The notes under the pieces were generated by a model. The model was not told the origin of the DNA. It did not search any database and saw nothing but the letters and a program-made list of their open reading frames with translations. Positions 27,104 through 40,252 of a stretch of DNA of 64,000 bases are shown here, piece after piece. The position numbers were made by a program, and so were the translations under genes. This DNA is from Narcine bancroftii. Taxonomy: Eukaryota. Positions within the stretch are counted from its first letter, which is position 1; each line of letters begins with the position of its first letter. The stretch spans positions 108,190,001-108,254,000 of the forward strand of contig NC_091477.1 in assembly GCF_036971445.1 (NCBI RefSeq), in the 5' to 3' direction.

Positions 27104-27560
27104 TCAAGTCAAACAAAGTCAAGTCCTTTGGTCACTTAGCAATCTCACTGCCCGTGGAAAGAAGCAGTTTCTCAACCTGGTGTTGCTAGATCTGATACTT
27201 CAAGATAGTGACTCCCAAAAACTTAAATTTCCTCACCCTCTCCACTTCTGATCCCCCAATGATCACTGGATTGTACACATCTGGTTTTCCCTTCCTGAAG
27301 TCAATAATCAGCTCCTTAGTTTTGGAGACATTGAGTGCGAGGTTCTGGTTGGTGAACCATTCAACTACGTTTTCAATCTCCCTCCTGAATGCTGACTCAT
27401 CGCCTCTTTTTATACAACCCACGACCATGCATGGTTAGCAGATTTGTAGATGCTGTTGTTGTCATACCGAGCACAGTCGAAGGTGTAAAACGAGTAGAGT
27501 AGGGTGCTCAGAATGCAGCCCTTCTTAGTTCTTACTAATTCTCACTGGTTGTGGTCTGTA
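27104..27560 (-). mobile_element. Rex1/Babar-like LINE fragment
   Basis: WFTNQNLALNVSKTKELIIDFRK...FKFLGVTI. Confidence 0.7.
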
Positions 27561-28216
27561 CAGGTACAAGGAAAATAATTTTTTTAAGTGAATGGTTTTA
27601 TCTGGGGGAAAAAGTCAAACCAGCACTGAATGAATACTACAGGAATGGTGGGGGGAGGGGGCAAGTGGAGACTAAAGAATAAGCTGGATAGTTGGTAGTT
27701 TCCTTATTGAAAATCCCATCTAGTCTTTCCACAGGAGCAACCTAGAATGTACTATATCTGCCTGCTCTTTTCCCAAACTACAATTATTTATTCCTCAAAA
27801 TATTAATTTGATACCAGTTTGATTTGCTGAAAATAGTCCAAACTACCCTTTCTGAGAGGCAAAGTATATCTGGTGGCCCATTACACTTCCAAAGATAAAC
27901 TGTTCCCCTGTTCACACACAGTCCAACATAGTCACTACATGAAGAATGACACTTTAATTGGAAGCAACTAAAATTATTGGTATGAAGAACACAGTTATTT
28001 AGGTGTTCAATGAGATTTGCAATGGACATTGCCCCAGAGGTGAGAATTATTGAGTCTCAGCTGTTCAGGATGAACAGAGCACATGTACTTATCAAGCACA
28101 TAATAATCCATTTCAGTTAGGATCCAAGGCATATTAAACTTTAGCAACACAGAGCTAACTACTAGAAGGAAATAAAATAATTAACAAGGAATGTTTTGCA
28201 GTGACTAGATATTTAC

Positions 28217-28334
28217 CTGCCATAACCTCTGGCGACTGAAAAAATTCATCAGGATGTATGTAGCCTGTTTGGGGAGCCAGACACCAGAGTATTCTGAACA
28301 GCCCAAAAGTCAGCCAGATTATTTTACGTTCCAT
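28217..28334 (-). CDS. PIGZ: PIGZ paralogue A, first coding exon
   Basis: [40 protein letters not shown]|gtaaat; upstream acceptor with exon start at 28346; joined CDS 1719 nt = 572 aa. Confidence 0.92.
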
Positions 28335-29998
28335 CAAAAACAATCACTAGAAAAATTGTAAATATTACGTTTTAATGTTATTTCCTTTGATCTCTCAATA
28401 TCCAAAAATTTAGCTACCCAAAGCGCACACATTTCTCCACTTTTACAAATTAATTTCTACGCTCCAAGTCTGATCCTACCTGAAGCTCCTAACATGACTT
28501 TACAAATGGAAAACTTGAAAAAAATATTTGGAAAGTCTGAAAAAAAATTTTATTATCCTAGACCTGTGAAAATTAGCATGTTGTTGGTCCTTAAATTTTG
28601 GATATTGAAGCTGTAGTTGGAATCAGTCTGTATCAAAATTATTTTTTAAAAGAAAATATTTCATGCCATTGAAAAATTCAGCATGAAAGCACACACACAC
28701 ACAGTACATACCAGGGGCAGTTTATGGTGACCGACCGGTTAGTAATAAATCACAAAAATATGAAGACACTGTGATTGAAGTAAAAACACAAAATGCTGGA
28801 GAAACCTGCTTGCCTTTTTTTCCCACTCCCCCTTTCCAGTTCTCTCCCCCTCCCATACCCTTCACCCAGCCCTCCCCATGATCACTGTTGTCCCCTCCCT
28901 CCCCTTCTCCATCGGCCTCTGACCCCCCCACCCCCCACCATTCTTTTGTTTCGACGCCTGCCGACATTCTTCCATACCTTGATGAAGGACTCAAGCCTGA
29001 ATCATCTGTTGTATATCCTTACCTTTGCTACATAAAGGACACTGTTTGACCAGCTGATTTTCTCCAGCATTTTATGTTTTCACTCTGGTGACCAGTTAAC
29101 CCAGCATAAGCATGTCTTTGGGATATGGGAGAAAACTAAGAAGCTGGAAGCAATTCAGTAATTGGAAGAAGATCCAAGAGCCACACAGATAGTATTGGAG
29201 ATCGGGGTTGAATTCAGGTTGATGGGCGTGAGAGGTATCAGCTTTAAGAGCTGTGCTAATGTGCCAATTCTCATAGTCATAAATCAGCAGTATATTCTGT
29301 TAAATCCACAGTGATTACAGTAGAATCCCTATTCTGAAAAAAATCAACCGGAAACTCAAACAACTGGCTAAAAAAAAAGGTGAGTGAGGGAAGTTGAATA
29401 TACAGGATTGGACAGATTGACCCTGCAGGGGAACGCTGAGACTTGGTTGGACACACACAGGTTTGCCCCACTGATCTAGCACACTTTCTTTTCGCTGCTG
29501 CCACTTGTGTGGAAGTGAGTCGGGTTGTCAGCACAAGGATAGTGTGCTGAGCATCTGACCGGAACACTTGAGTTAGAGCCGGCAAGATGGAGATAGGACA
29601 TGGAGGGAGAGGGGTAAAATGGCAACAGTAGTAAGACCTTCAAGCAGCGAAGCGCCACGGTCCTGCCCCGGCCACCGCAGCTGTTTGAATAAAGTTTCAA
29701 TAAAATTGCATTGGAATGAAATGGTAGTGCCCAGGATGAAGAGCCAGCCAATATCACTCACTCAAAATGTCTCCCTATCCCTGCCTATTAAGAATCTTTA
29801 TGGGTATTAGGTATATTAGTAAGGCTTTATCTGCCAACATGTGTATTAGTTTGACCTTGGAAGAGTAAGTCTCACTCAACCAGAAAATTCACATATCCGA
29901 CATTCACGATCCCCATATGTCCCAGACAATGGAGATTCTACTGTACATTCAAATTCCTGCAGTTTTACAAATCAGTAACATATATTTATGATATAGAC

Positions 29999-30347
29999 CA
30001 GGGGTGGGCAACATTTTTTTTTAAACTTACATTCCACCTTAAGTATTCCTTATGCCATAGATGCTCTTTGATTAGTAAGGGATTGCTTAAGGTGGTATGC
30101 AAACAGAAAGAAAAAGGTTTGAAAATCATTGTTTAATCGTACCTAATTGACTCATTATGCGCACAGTTTCATAATTCCAAAGGAAATGGGCCAATGACAA
30201 TTTTTCTCAAGCAAAATACTTCAATAATAATTGAGTTTAGTGGTTCCCAACCTTCCCTTCCCACTCACATAACCATCTTAAGCAATCCCTGATGAATCAC
30301 AGAGGACTTCTAGCATAGGGGAATACTTAAAGGGTTGCCCACCCCTG
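29999..30347. mobile_element. hAT/Charlie-like MITE
   Basis: Perfect 14-bp TIR CAGGGGTGGGCAAC / GTTGCCCACCCCTG; degenerate 8-bp TSD atatagac/ttagagac. Confidence 0.8.
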
Positions 30348-31271
30348 TTAGAGACATTAACTAGCATAGCATAAACTTGTATAATGATCAACAAATGATT
30401 GCAGAAAAAAAGTTATAAATCGAGCAAGCAATTCCTGACACAAGATCAAAATTTCTCAAGTTTACCAACCTTACGATGTGCAGAAGTTTTCTTTAGGTTC
30501 TGGCATTTGATTGGAATAATCCATTTGAACTTGTCATATTTGGCCCTTTTTATAGCAGTGGTAAATTAATGTTTTTGGCCAGTAAGAATGTTAATATTGC
30601 TCGGATACAGATTCCACATTGTAACTATGACATTTTCAAAAGGCACTTAAAACTGAAGAAACTGACGCACATTCTCGGAATAACAGATGTGTGCTGCAGA
30701 GAAAGTTGTGAAATATTCAAAAAATAAATTTGGTTTCTAATATTCCAGTGTAGTGTTTGATTTTTTTTTAAATCAAATTAGAACTCTATATAAATAACTG
30801 TTGTCAAGGCTACCAACTGGGTTAAGCTGCATGTGCTAATGTATCCTGAGATTGCAAACTTAATTAGAGCTACACGTTGTTTTGAAGGAAGATAACGGCT
30901 TAAATTTTGGCACCAACATGATCACCTTTCTAATAAATATACTCCAACACAATAACAACCATTCACACACAATCAAAAGAGAAGGATAGGTTGGATAGGT
31001 ATATGGACAGGAGATGTGTGGAGGGTTATGGACCAAATACGGGTCAGTGGGACTAGGTGGGAGATGATGTTTGGCACGGACTAGTAGGGCCAAACTGGCC
31101 TGTTTCTGTGCTGTAATATATGATGTAATATAACCATGGTTATATATGGTTATTGCCTCTTGTAATAGACAAGTGCTTGTCAAAGGAGCCAGGCCTAAAA
31201 CTTTGGTTACCCTTTACTTTCTATCGATGCTGCTGAACTTGTATTAGACTTGTAACTACAGCACATTCGCG

Positions 31272-31560
31272 TGGTGGGGGTGGGAGGTGGAGGGGGAGCA
31301 GGGGGTAGGGGATGGAGGGGGGTGGGGATGGAGGGGGCTGGGGATGGGGGTGGAGAGGGGAGGGGGTGGGGGGTGGAGGTGGAGGGGGGTGGGTGAAGAG
31401 GGGAGGGGGAGGGGGAGTAGGGGATGGAGGGGGAGTAGGGGATGGAGGGGGGTAGGGGATGGAGGGTGGAGATGGGTGGAGAGGGGAGGGGGTGGGGGGT
31501 GGAGGTGGAGGGGGGTGGAGGGTGAAGAGGGGAGGTGGGAGGGGGTGGAGGGTGGAGGGG
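31272..31560. repeat. G-rich low-complexity tract (G-quadruplex potential)
   Basis: Dense GGGG runs with GGAGG/GGTGG/GGATGG spacers. Confidence 0.85.
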
Positions 31561-31621
31561 AAACACTCTCTTCCTGTTTAATAGCTTGCATTCGCTGCAA
31601 ACCTGGCTGGCTATTTATTAC

Positions 31622-32000
31622 CTGTGCAACGGGACACGCTCCCGCCACCGGTTCCAACGGCCAGGATTTGGCCAGGCGCGCGATCCGATTGGGCGGGTTG
31701 CCTGGGCCGGCGGCGCGATCCGATTGGGCGGGTTGCCTGGGCCGGCGGCGCGATCCGATTGGGCGGGTTGCCTGGGCCGGCGGCGCGATCCGATTGGGCG
31801 GGTTGCCTGGGCCGGCGGCGCGATCCGATTGGGCGGGTTGCCTGGGCCGGCGGCGCGATCCGATTGGGCGGGTTGCCTGGGCCGGCGGCGCGATCCGATT
31901 GGGCGGGTTGCCTGGGCCGGCGGCGCGATCCGATTGGGCGGGTGGGGACCGCGGCGGGGAGGGAATATTGTTAATGTTTCGAGTTCCGTCACGTGATTTC
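31622..32000 (-). promoter_or_regulatory. putative promoter and non-coding exon 1 of PIGZ-A
   Basis: CpG island; minus-strand donor CAG|GTAATA at 31622/31621; E-box GTCACGTGA at 31988; CCAAT and GC boxes within the VNTR. Confidence 0.55.
31676..31943. repeat. 35-bp GC-rich tandem repeat, ~7.7 copies, at putative PIGZ-A promoter/first exon
   Basis: Unit CGATCCGATTGGGCGGGTTGCCTGGGCCGGCGGCG starting at 31681, 31716, 31751 and so on; copies are essentially identical. Confidence 0.95.
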
Positions 32001-32806
32001 GGTGAGAGTTTGGTTCAAGTTGAAATTCTGGAGAAGAAGGAAAAGTTACTCCAGTTGTGGCTCCACAGATGTTGTCTGGCCCTGTGAGTCCCGTCACTAA
32101 GTCCGACCATATGGACCAGCGTGTTAGTGGGTGATTTGGGGCAATTCAAAGACTATGGGCTTTAATTCGCAGCCTTTGTCTATGCGCTGGATACAATTTC
32201 TCTCTTGATGAATAGTCTCCACTTTCATTGAGTTAAGGAATTGGAAGGTAGATGTGAAAAGCTGGGAAATAAAGCCCTGTCCCGAAGCCCAAGGTCCCCA
32301 TCAGACCACGCAACACCAGAAATGCTGCCACCTGGAACAAACGGTAAACGAGTGGAACTCAGGGAGTGACTGACACCTGGAGAGGCCAAGGGTGGATCGG
32401 ACGTTTTATTTTGAGACCCGACAGGAAGATAGCAATAGAAGGAAGTGAGGATGGGTGAGACAAAGGCTTGGCAAGCGATAAAACCCAAATGAAACGAGAA
32501 GGGTGTGGGGAGATGTTGAAACAGGGGCAACAAGAACGATGGGCAGATAGAATAAGGTGGAGAAGGGGGGTAGGAAAGGTGAATCAAGGAAGAAAAGTAG
32601 TATAGGTCTGTGGGTGACGAATAGAATCAGGTTGGGGAGGGTGATGAGTCTAGGTAACAAAGGTGAACTGAGGGAGAGAGACTGGGTGGATTTGTGGGAG
32701 TATCCCTGATGTATTCTTCACAACCTTCTCAGGGATCCTCGGACATACACAGGCTGTCCTTCGATATTGACCTGGGATAGTACATTAATTATAGAGGGTC
32801 GTGTGA

Positions 32807-34448
32807 ACGGACACACACATACAGTCCTTATTTGACCTTCCAAATTGCCACCTCACATTTCACAGGGATTCAATTCTGTTGGTCATTATTCCCTCGAATT
32901 TCATACTGCAGCCAATTCTATGCTCCTCTCCATCAACAATCACCTTTCTGGCATTTGCTACCTCGCATTCATTTCCAAATCACTGATGTAGATTAAAGTA
33001 GTCATGTTGTCATGTGAACTCTCCAGCAGAAACCTGGTTTGAAAGCACCACATCTATCAATCAAGCTCAAGGCCACCTACACAGCAAGCATACACTTTGC
33101 CATTGGCTCCTTTGAAAAAAAAATATTACCCTCATTTCTGGCTCCTTTAATCACCTGCCCTACTTTGGCATACCTGAGCCGGCACCCACTAGCCAGCCTA
33201 GAGTATAAAGCCCAACACGTCGAGCAGCTTGGCCTCTCTCCCTGAGGATGAACTCGAGCTCTACTCCAGGTCATGATCCATAGACAACGCTGGAGAGTCC
33301 ATTTACAAGGTGTGTGCCAGTAACGTGCGAATAGATTAATGTAATCTTTCTTTTTAACTGTGGTAGCAATGGAGCATGAACCCTAGGCTGAGCTTTACTA
33401 AGCCCCCATTCCCCTGGTGATGCCCTCTCCTCAGGTATTCTAAATGTATCCGCCGGGTATGTACTCTGGGTGTGTATGCTGTGCCCGGTGATGGCAGGAT
33501 AGAATTGATGGGCCAGGTGGAAAGGGGTGCATGAGAAGGGGTTGGGCTGGTTGGACCTCATCGCCTGACCCTACACCATGTAAATTGCATAACGGTCACT
33601 GACTCCCCCAGTGTCTCCATCACGAGGGGTTAACATTGATTAGAAACTGAGGCTACGAATCATGAAGTGTTTAACTCACCCCGTAACTTGCTGCCACTCA
33701 AGAAGATCAACAACATGCATGACACATCCCGCTGGTTGGGAGGCATTCAATCCACAACCATTCACCGACTCCCCATCACTGACAAACGGCAATAGTAGTT
33801 TGTAAATTTGAATCATCTGCAGGCTACAGCAGAAATACTCCTTGGTCAGGATCTTTTAACCCATGATTATTTAATAGATGGTTTTCCCTGAGTATGGAAA
33901 GCAAGTGACTTGTTGGGGCTCAGTATGCTGGAAATAACAAGAGTTTAGGAATCCCTCCATGTAACAACAGCAGGCACTGAATTACCTAACCCCCAAGTGG
34001 TAGTTCGGTGCCTGCTGCTGGGTTGTGTCGTGAGGGGCTCCTAAACTCTTCCTGGAGATTACAGGCAAGACTCCACCTTCACGTTCCCACTACAAAACTA
34101 TTAGATTTTTTAACTTCCCTCCGACTGAATTGGATGTTATAATTGTAATAGTTTGCTGATTGGTTGAGGATTGGAGAGTGGGGGTTGGATTAAAGCAGCT
34201 CAGTGGCACTCTGATGGGCGCTGCTGGACGGACACACATATACAGTCCTTATTTGACCTTCCACATTGCCACCTCACATTTCACAGGGATTCAATTCTGT
34301 TTGTCATTATTCCCTCGAATTTCAGACTGCAGCCAATTCTATGCTCCTCTCTATCAACAGTCACCTTTCTGGCATTTGCTACCTCGCTAACCACATCCCT
34401 TACATTCATTTCCAAATCACTGATGTAAATTAAAGTAGCCAGGTTGTC
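32807..34448. repeat. pair of ~200-bp direct repeats (32807-33011 and 34228-34448)
   Basis: Near-identical acggacacaca.atacagtccttatttgaccttcca...ttaaagtag.ca.gttgtc; second copy has a ~16-bp insertion. Confidence 0.9.
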
Positions 34449-35084
34449 TTGCCCAGAGATATTTCTTAAAAATAAATGTGGATGTCTCATTTGTCTGCTA
34501 AGCATATTTGTATCACTGAACCTTATCGTACAAATCATGATCATGTTGCAAACCCTAACCTTATTGCACTGGCAATGCATTCAGCTTGGTAATGTAACTT
34601 TTTATTTCCCAAAAACAAAATACTTAATGCCTATAAATGTTAAATTTTTTTATTTTACACTTCTTCCACCCTTCGATCACACCATTACAAAGCAGAAGGT
34701 AACATTCAGTTGGTCTATTCCACCAAAATGATGACTAGTGTTGGGTACATTTTCTATCTTAAAGTCTGCTTGAAAACACCCAAAAGTCAAAACTATCAGG
34801 AGACTGGATGCAGAAATGTATAGATGATTTTATATACAAGAATCATTTTCCAAGTATCTTGTTTCCATGATATTCAGTCTGTCAAAAATCAGTGTTTCAG
34901 CCTATATTTTTATTTACACAGCAGTTCAGTATATCGATGATCATTCGTTGAACCTTGCTAGTTCGTTGATTTCAAGCCTCAGATGCTGTGAATAATATGA
35001 AGTTCTGTTATCGCATTCAAGGCCGTCTCCAATCACTCCCATGTTGCAGGTTGACTATAAAACAGGAGTACACCACAAGTAAAA

Positions 35085-36715
35085 CTAGGTTTCAGAGTTC
35101 CTTGACTCTATATGCACCTCATAAATGTAAAGACTCAGTTGGTTCAATCCATTCTTCACAAGAGAAGGAATGTGAGGAGGATCTTCCATAGTTAAATGAG
35201 GAAAGAACTTCTTCAGAGTTTTCCATTGGAATCCACAGCTATCAATATCATTTTGAACAGTACCTGGAGCAATGATATAGATATTCATTTCCTGATTCTT
35301 CACCGTGTGTTTGGAATAACTATTGGCAAGTAATTCTTGCACTGTGCTGTTGAGCACATGCACATCAGACCCACCCAGGTCAATGATTCTGATGAATTCT
35401 TGGTTTGATTTAACATTCAAAAGATACCTAGGAGGCATGTAGGTATGGTAAAATACCAAATTATACTCGTACTGCTTAACCATTTGATTCTTTGAATGAA
35501 GAATTTTTTCAAGGTAGGACAGAGAAGGAATTAGACCACCTTGGTGCAACCAACCAAAAAGCAAGGATCCCAAGATATTAAACAAGACTATAATAACCTT
35601 CCATCGGAACAGTTTATATTTTGGAGCACTGAGAATTACAAGTGGCACAATGAGTGGACTAATATATCTTGGTTCCTGGTGTTTAAACAATGATAGAACA
35701 AAGATTGGAATTAAATAAACAAGGAACAAGTACATATCAAAGTGGGAAGTGGAAGAAAGTGGTGCTGACAATTTCTTTTCTGAACGTTTTTTTGTAGAAT
35801 TACAAGAGGTAGCTTTGCAGGCAAAGTTACTGACCATTATTTTGGTACCAGCTACAAGAGCAGAGAAATGAAGGCTACCAAACAACAGGAAACTATTCAG
35901 TGTCAAATGTGTAAACCAAGGATGGCTACCATGTGCAACAAGGCTTTTTTGATCCAAGTTGTACAAAATAAGATTAACAGGGGTTAAAACTAAATGTTGG
36001 CTTATGTTAACAATATGTTGATACACAGTAATTTCATTGTTCAAAAGCCAGTCCCTTTTGGACAATAATGAACCAAAATACAGTGCATCTGTCACAATGA
36101 AAAGAAAACTAGTTGTAATCACAGAAATCAAAATGCTAATGCAGTTTGTTATGATCAGTTTTAAACTGAATTGAAAAGTGCCTTTTTGATCACAAGAAAG
36201 CCACAGGAACATTGGCACTAAAGAATAACTGATGAATGTGGGACGATTGAAAACTCCTGAAGCCAAAATAATCCCAATAAGATATTTACTGTTCCATCTG
36301 CCCTTTTTTCCAGTATCTGCACCCACATTTGCTTGCTTTGTGTCCATACCTACCAACAGCAGTAGCAATGCAAACAGAACTGCTTCTATACTGTTTGAAA
36401 ATGTTCTTGTATAAAAAACCAACATGACATGTGACCCACTTAGCAGTGTTAAAGCATTCCATGGATCTGCATTCCACAGACCGGCTAAATGGTATACGGA
36501 GTAGTCCAATATAAAGGACAGACATGTCAGGTAGAATCTAGGGAAAACCAACAAAGTGTAACTGTTTATGATGTTGCCAAAAAGCTCAGAATTGTTTAAG
36601 GCTTTCAAGACTGTAAATGAAAAACCTGCTGTGACCAATGGGAAAAGGACTGATCTGCTGGGGTAACTGGTATTGAATTCCCAAGTACGGAATGTTTTGA
36701 GGTTTAAAATATCAC
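35085..36715 (-). CDS. PIGZ: PIGZ paralogue B, large last coding exon
   Basis: tttgcag| phase-1 acceptor; same motifs as copy A (TRTFSNSIE, FNRPTF, HQEPRY, HQGG, HTYMPP, FFPHLTMED); no stops. Confidence 0.92.
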
Positions 36716-38619
36716 CTGCAAAGAAAACAAAGAAACATTGGAATAAGAACATTTTAATAGTTATATATACATCCCAAACAAAATGTCATCAGAAAACATT
36801 ACCTCCTTACCTTGACTTTAACAAAATTCTCCTACAATTTTTGATCTCCTCTGGCTTATTGTGAAACTATATCTGCTCTATTGATAAAAGTGGCTCCATG
36901 AAACAAAAGATTTCCTTTTCCTTTTGCTTAGTGTTAAATAGAGGTTTGTCATTTAACTGATCATTCGTCTCTCAGATCTTGAATCCAAGCAGCATGCAAT
37001 GCAATTTGTTACTAAATTCCTATGGTTATTTAATCTCGAGTGTTTTTCTCTCGCTGCTCTCCATAACTAGTCTCTGTCTTGAATCCTCATTGCAATGGAG
37101 ATTGAGATGAATGAGTCCATCTCCTGCTTGAAATTCTGCTTCTCCAGAACTTCAAAACTAGGGAAGTTCTTTCATTCTTCAATTTCTCCTACATCCTCTT
37201 GTTTTAAAATAAATACTTGGCATTGCCTAATTCTGATTTATCTTCTTAGCTTTGCTATTCTTTTTGATTGTGGCTTCACTGAGGCCTCATCCTAGCAAAA
37301 TAAAGAAAAAAAATCATAATGCATCTTTTTTATGGGCATAATGAGATGAAAGCAGAAAAGGATTTCCGTGAAAAAAATGCAAGGTTCACTGGATCTCATT
37401 TACAAATACCACAGTACTTTTTCATGTCCCTTCACCTCTCCAAGAAGTCAAAACGGAGTTGGAAAAGATGACCACAAAATGCCAGCAGAGGAAAAAGAAT
37501 GGAATTAAATACACAAATGTTGAAAATGCTCAGCAGGTCAGGCCATGCCATATCTGTGGGAAGAAAAGATTTAACATTTCTGGTTGAAGACCCGTTATCA
37601 GTCTTGAAAAGACCAAGAAAGCTGTTGGGGAGAGGAGGATGGGTGAGGAGGACATGCCTGATAGGGTGACAATGGGGACAAGATACTCTTTCAAAGAGTG
37701 AATAGGAGCAGTAGGAGTGCAAGAATATGGACAAAAGAGGGGGCAGCCATAGACTAATAGATCAGTGTGTAGGCCTACTTCTCATGTGTATAGGAGTGGT
37801 AGTATCTGGAGGCCTGATAAGAATGTGGAGAGAATTTTTAAAAAAATAAGTGTAATTGGTCACCACAGATGCCTTGAGCCAAAGGTGCCATTTTGGAGCT
37901 GCATCTCTCTGACTGTACAAAGCTTTAACTTGGTTTCTCTTTCCACAAATGCAGCCTGACCTCCTGGGTATTTCTAGCATTTTCTGTTTATATTTGTTTC
38001 CAGCATCTTTTTTTTTTCCTAAGAAAGGAAACATTGCTTTTGTTTGTTTTGTGAAAGGCTTGAGAAAGGAGAAAATCTTAACTAAAAAATCAAATACAAT
38101 TTGAATATTTTCATGTTCTCAGCTCCCAGAAAAAAATGTAAGTAACTCCCTGCATGGAAAACTCACTTTGCATGGAGTCAACAACTTGCATTCATTCATA
38201 CTACACTGTATTTAATGTGGTATAATACCATGTCAATATTCTAACTTGAGAGTAACTGGAATAATGATGAGCTTTGTGGGCATCTCCGGTTGCATCATCA
38301 TTTATACAACTTCTATACAGCACAAATGATTTGTTTCTTGAGCAAGTGCACGCCTCCAATTTAAGAGACTCATTGCTTCCAGGCATGTGGAAAAGAACAC
38401 ATATTAAAGCTCCCTGCAAAATATTCCTTCATTAAATCAAGTACTGCTACCATTATTAGATCAGAAATGCTTTTCGGTTTTTCATTTATTTGCTGTCCCT
38501 CAGTGGCATCATCTAAATTATATTGTCCAGTTCCAATGTACACTCAGCCCTACCTTGTCATTCTCAGGCTTGTCATATTACTTATGGTAGCAGCCAATCT
38601 GGGATAAAGCGATGTCTCC

Positions 38620-39115
38620 TCCAACTTGTGGTGAACTTGTTTGCATTCTGTGCAAACGGGACAGCTTTTAGTCAGTTTCCTGACTTCTTCCAGAGAGTAA
38701 GGAAGGTTGTTAGCCCTTGTGTAGTGGAAGAACCTTGTGACTCCTGGGTGGCACAGTCTGCTATGGATCTCTTTTAGCCCCTCCAGCTGAGCACCAGCAG
38801 CAGATCGTGACAATGCGTCAGAGGGATCATTTAACCTGCCCGGTCTGTACTGGATCTCATAATTATAATTGAGAGTTCTATTCGCCAGCGTGCCATCTTA
38901 TCGTTCATGATTTTTGATTTTACTCTTGTGTTTAGTACTGAACATGTAGGCTACAGATTTCTGATCAGTGACAAGAGTAAATTTTCTGACGGCTAGACAA
39001 GTGTCTCCAGTAGCGAACAACTTCAATAATAGCCTGGGCTTTTTCAATGGCAGGATGTTTAAGTTCAGGTCCACGTAACATGGGGGAGAAGAATACCACA
39101 GGTCTGTCCTTTTGA
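38620..39115 (-). mobile_element. Gypsy LTR-retrotransposon pol remnant (RNase H to integrase HHCC)
   Basis: VTDQKS, ARWR, IQYRPGRLNDPSDALSR, then H...CHPG...CPVC zinc finger. Confidence 0.85.
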
Positions 39116-39144
39116 TTTTAATTCTTCTTCTGCTGGGGGGAGAC

Positions 39145-39364
39145 TGTGGTGAATGTCTGCCAAGCTGCCTGACTCCCCTCTGGCAAGCCTTGCTGTACTA
39201 ACATTAGCTGTGGATTATCTCTACTGTTAAGGACATTCCCCTTGGGTATAACTCTGCATGCACCTATTGTCTTTCATTATTGTACCATGAGTTTCTGTTA
39301 ATAAAAGCCATGATTATTGTTTGATCACATCATCTTTGTCGACTTCATCAATTGGCACTTCACA
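39145..39364 (+). mobile_element. LTR-like segment
   Basis: Polypurine tract GGGGGGAGAC immediately before TG; internal TATAA and AATAAA; ends in CA. Confidence 0.55.
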
Positions 39365-40134
39365 ACTAAACACTAGAAATGATGCCACTGCCTTCCAATC
39401 CCAACCAGTAATACTACTCTCTATCAATCAACGCCATCCCTGCTCAACAAAATCAATTCCAGTACTCACCAGGGCATCCTTCTACCTTTCTGTTCTACAG
39501 CCTGATTTACACTTTCAGTTTCTGACTTCACTGCCTTTGTCCAATTCTGGCCCTACTTTGCTCACTTCAACAGTGCCACTTTTGTGTTCAGCAAATCTTG
39601 CCTTTCTTTCTCCTGAATGTAATTTCCTTTCACTGCTCAATTTTCTTTGATAACTTCCATTAAAACCCTAACATGGGCCATGTATTTTTATCATTATTTC
39701 CAACATTTTCCCAAACAGCTTGCATCACATTTGCCACTGTTGTTATTGAGCAGTATTTCATTGCAAGTTTATTATTCCATGGCTTAACTGGAAAGGAATT
39801 CTTCAGATAATAATGGTACAAGTATATAAAAAAAAACATTTCACTTTGTTAGGGTTTTAGGCTTCATTTAGTTGTATAGTATTTCATGAACTAATGACCA
39901 ACAGCATTTCACATCATTTTTAAATTGTCTTGTTAAGGTATACAAATTGCAGCCAGTAGCAAAATAAAACAAAAATTTAGCTACTCATGTTCATGCAGAT
40001 ATAAACATGCTGTACCAAGCGATGGTACTCTCTAAATTGTGAATGCAAGACAAATGAAAGCATTTAATTGATGACAAAAAGGAAAATATTATTAGGGTTT
40101 AAAAAACCCAAAATAATCACATCAACTCTTTTAC

Positions 40135-40252
40135 CTGCCATGATCTCTGGAGATTGAAAGAATTCATCAGGATGTATGTAGCCTGTTTGTGGTGCCAGGC
40201 ACCACAGTACCCTGACCACTCCAAGAACCAACCACATTGATTTGAGTGCCAT
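40135..40252 (-). CDS. PIGZ: PIGZ paralogue B, first coding exon
   Basis: [40 protein letters not shown]|gtaaaa; 118 nt, same as copy A; joined CDS 1749 nt = 582 aa. Confidence 0.92.

Noticed and set aside
31207-32097. Overlapping 116-266 aa ORFs
   Set aside because: Produced by the G-rich tract and the 35-bp VNTR; open in several frames with no recognisable domain.
23005-40252. PIGZ duplication as an uncollapsed haplotype artefact
   Set aside because: The proteins are substantially diverged and the introns carry different repeats.
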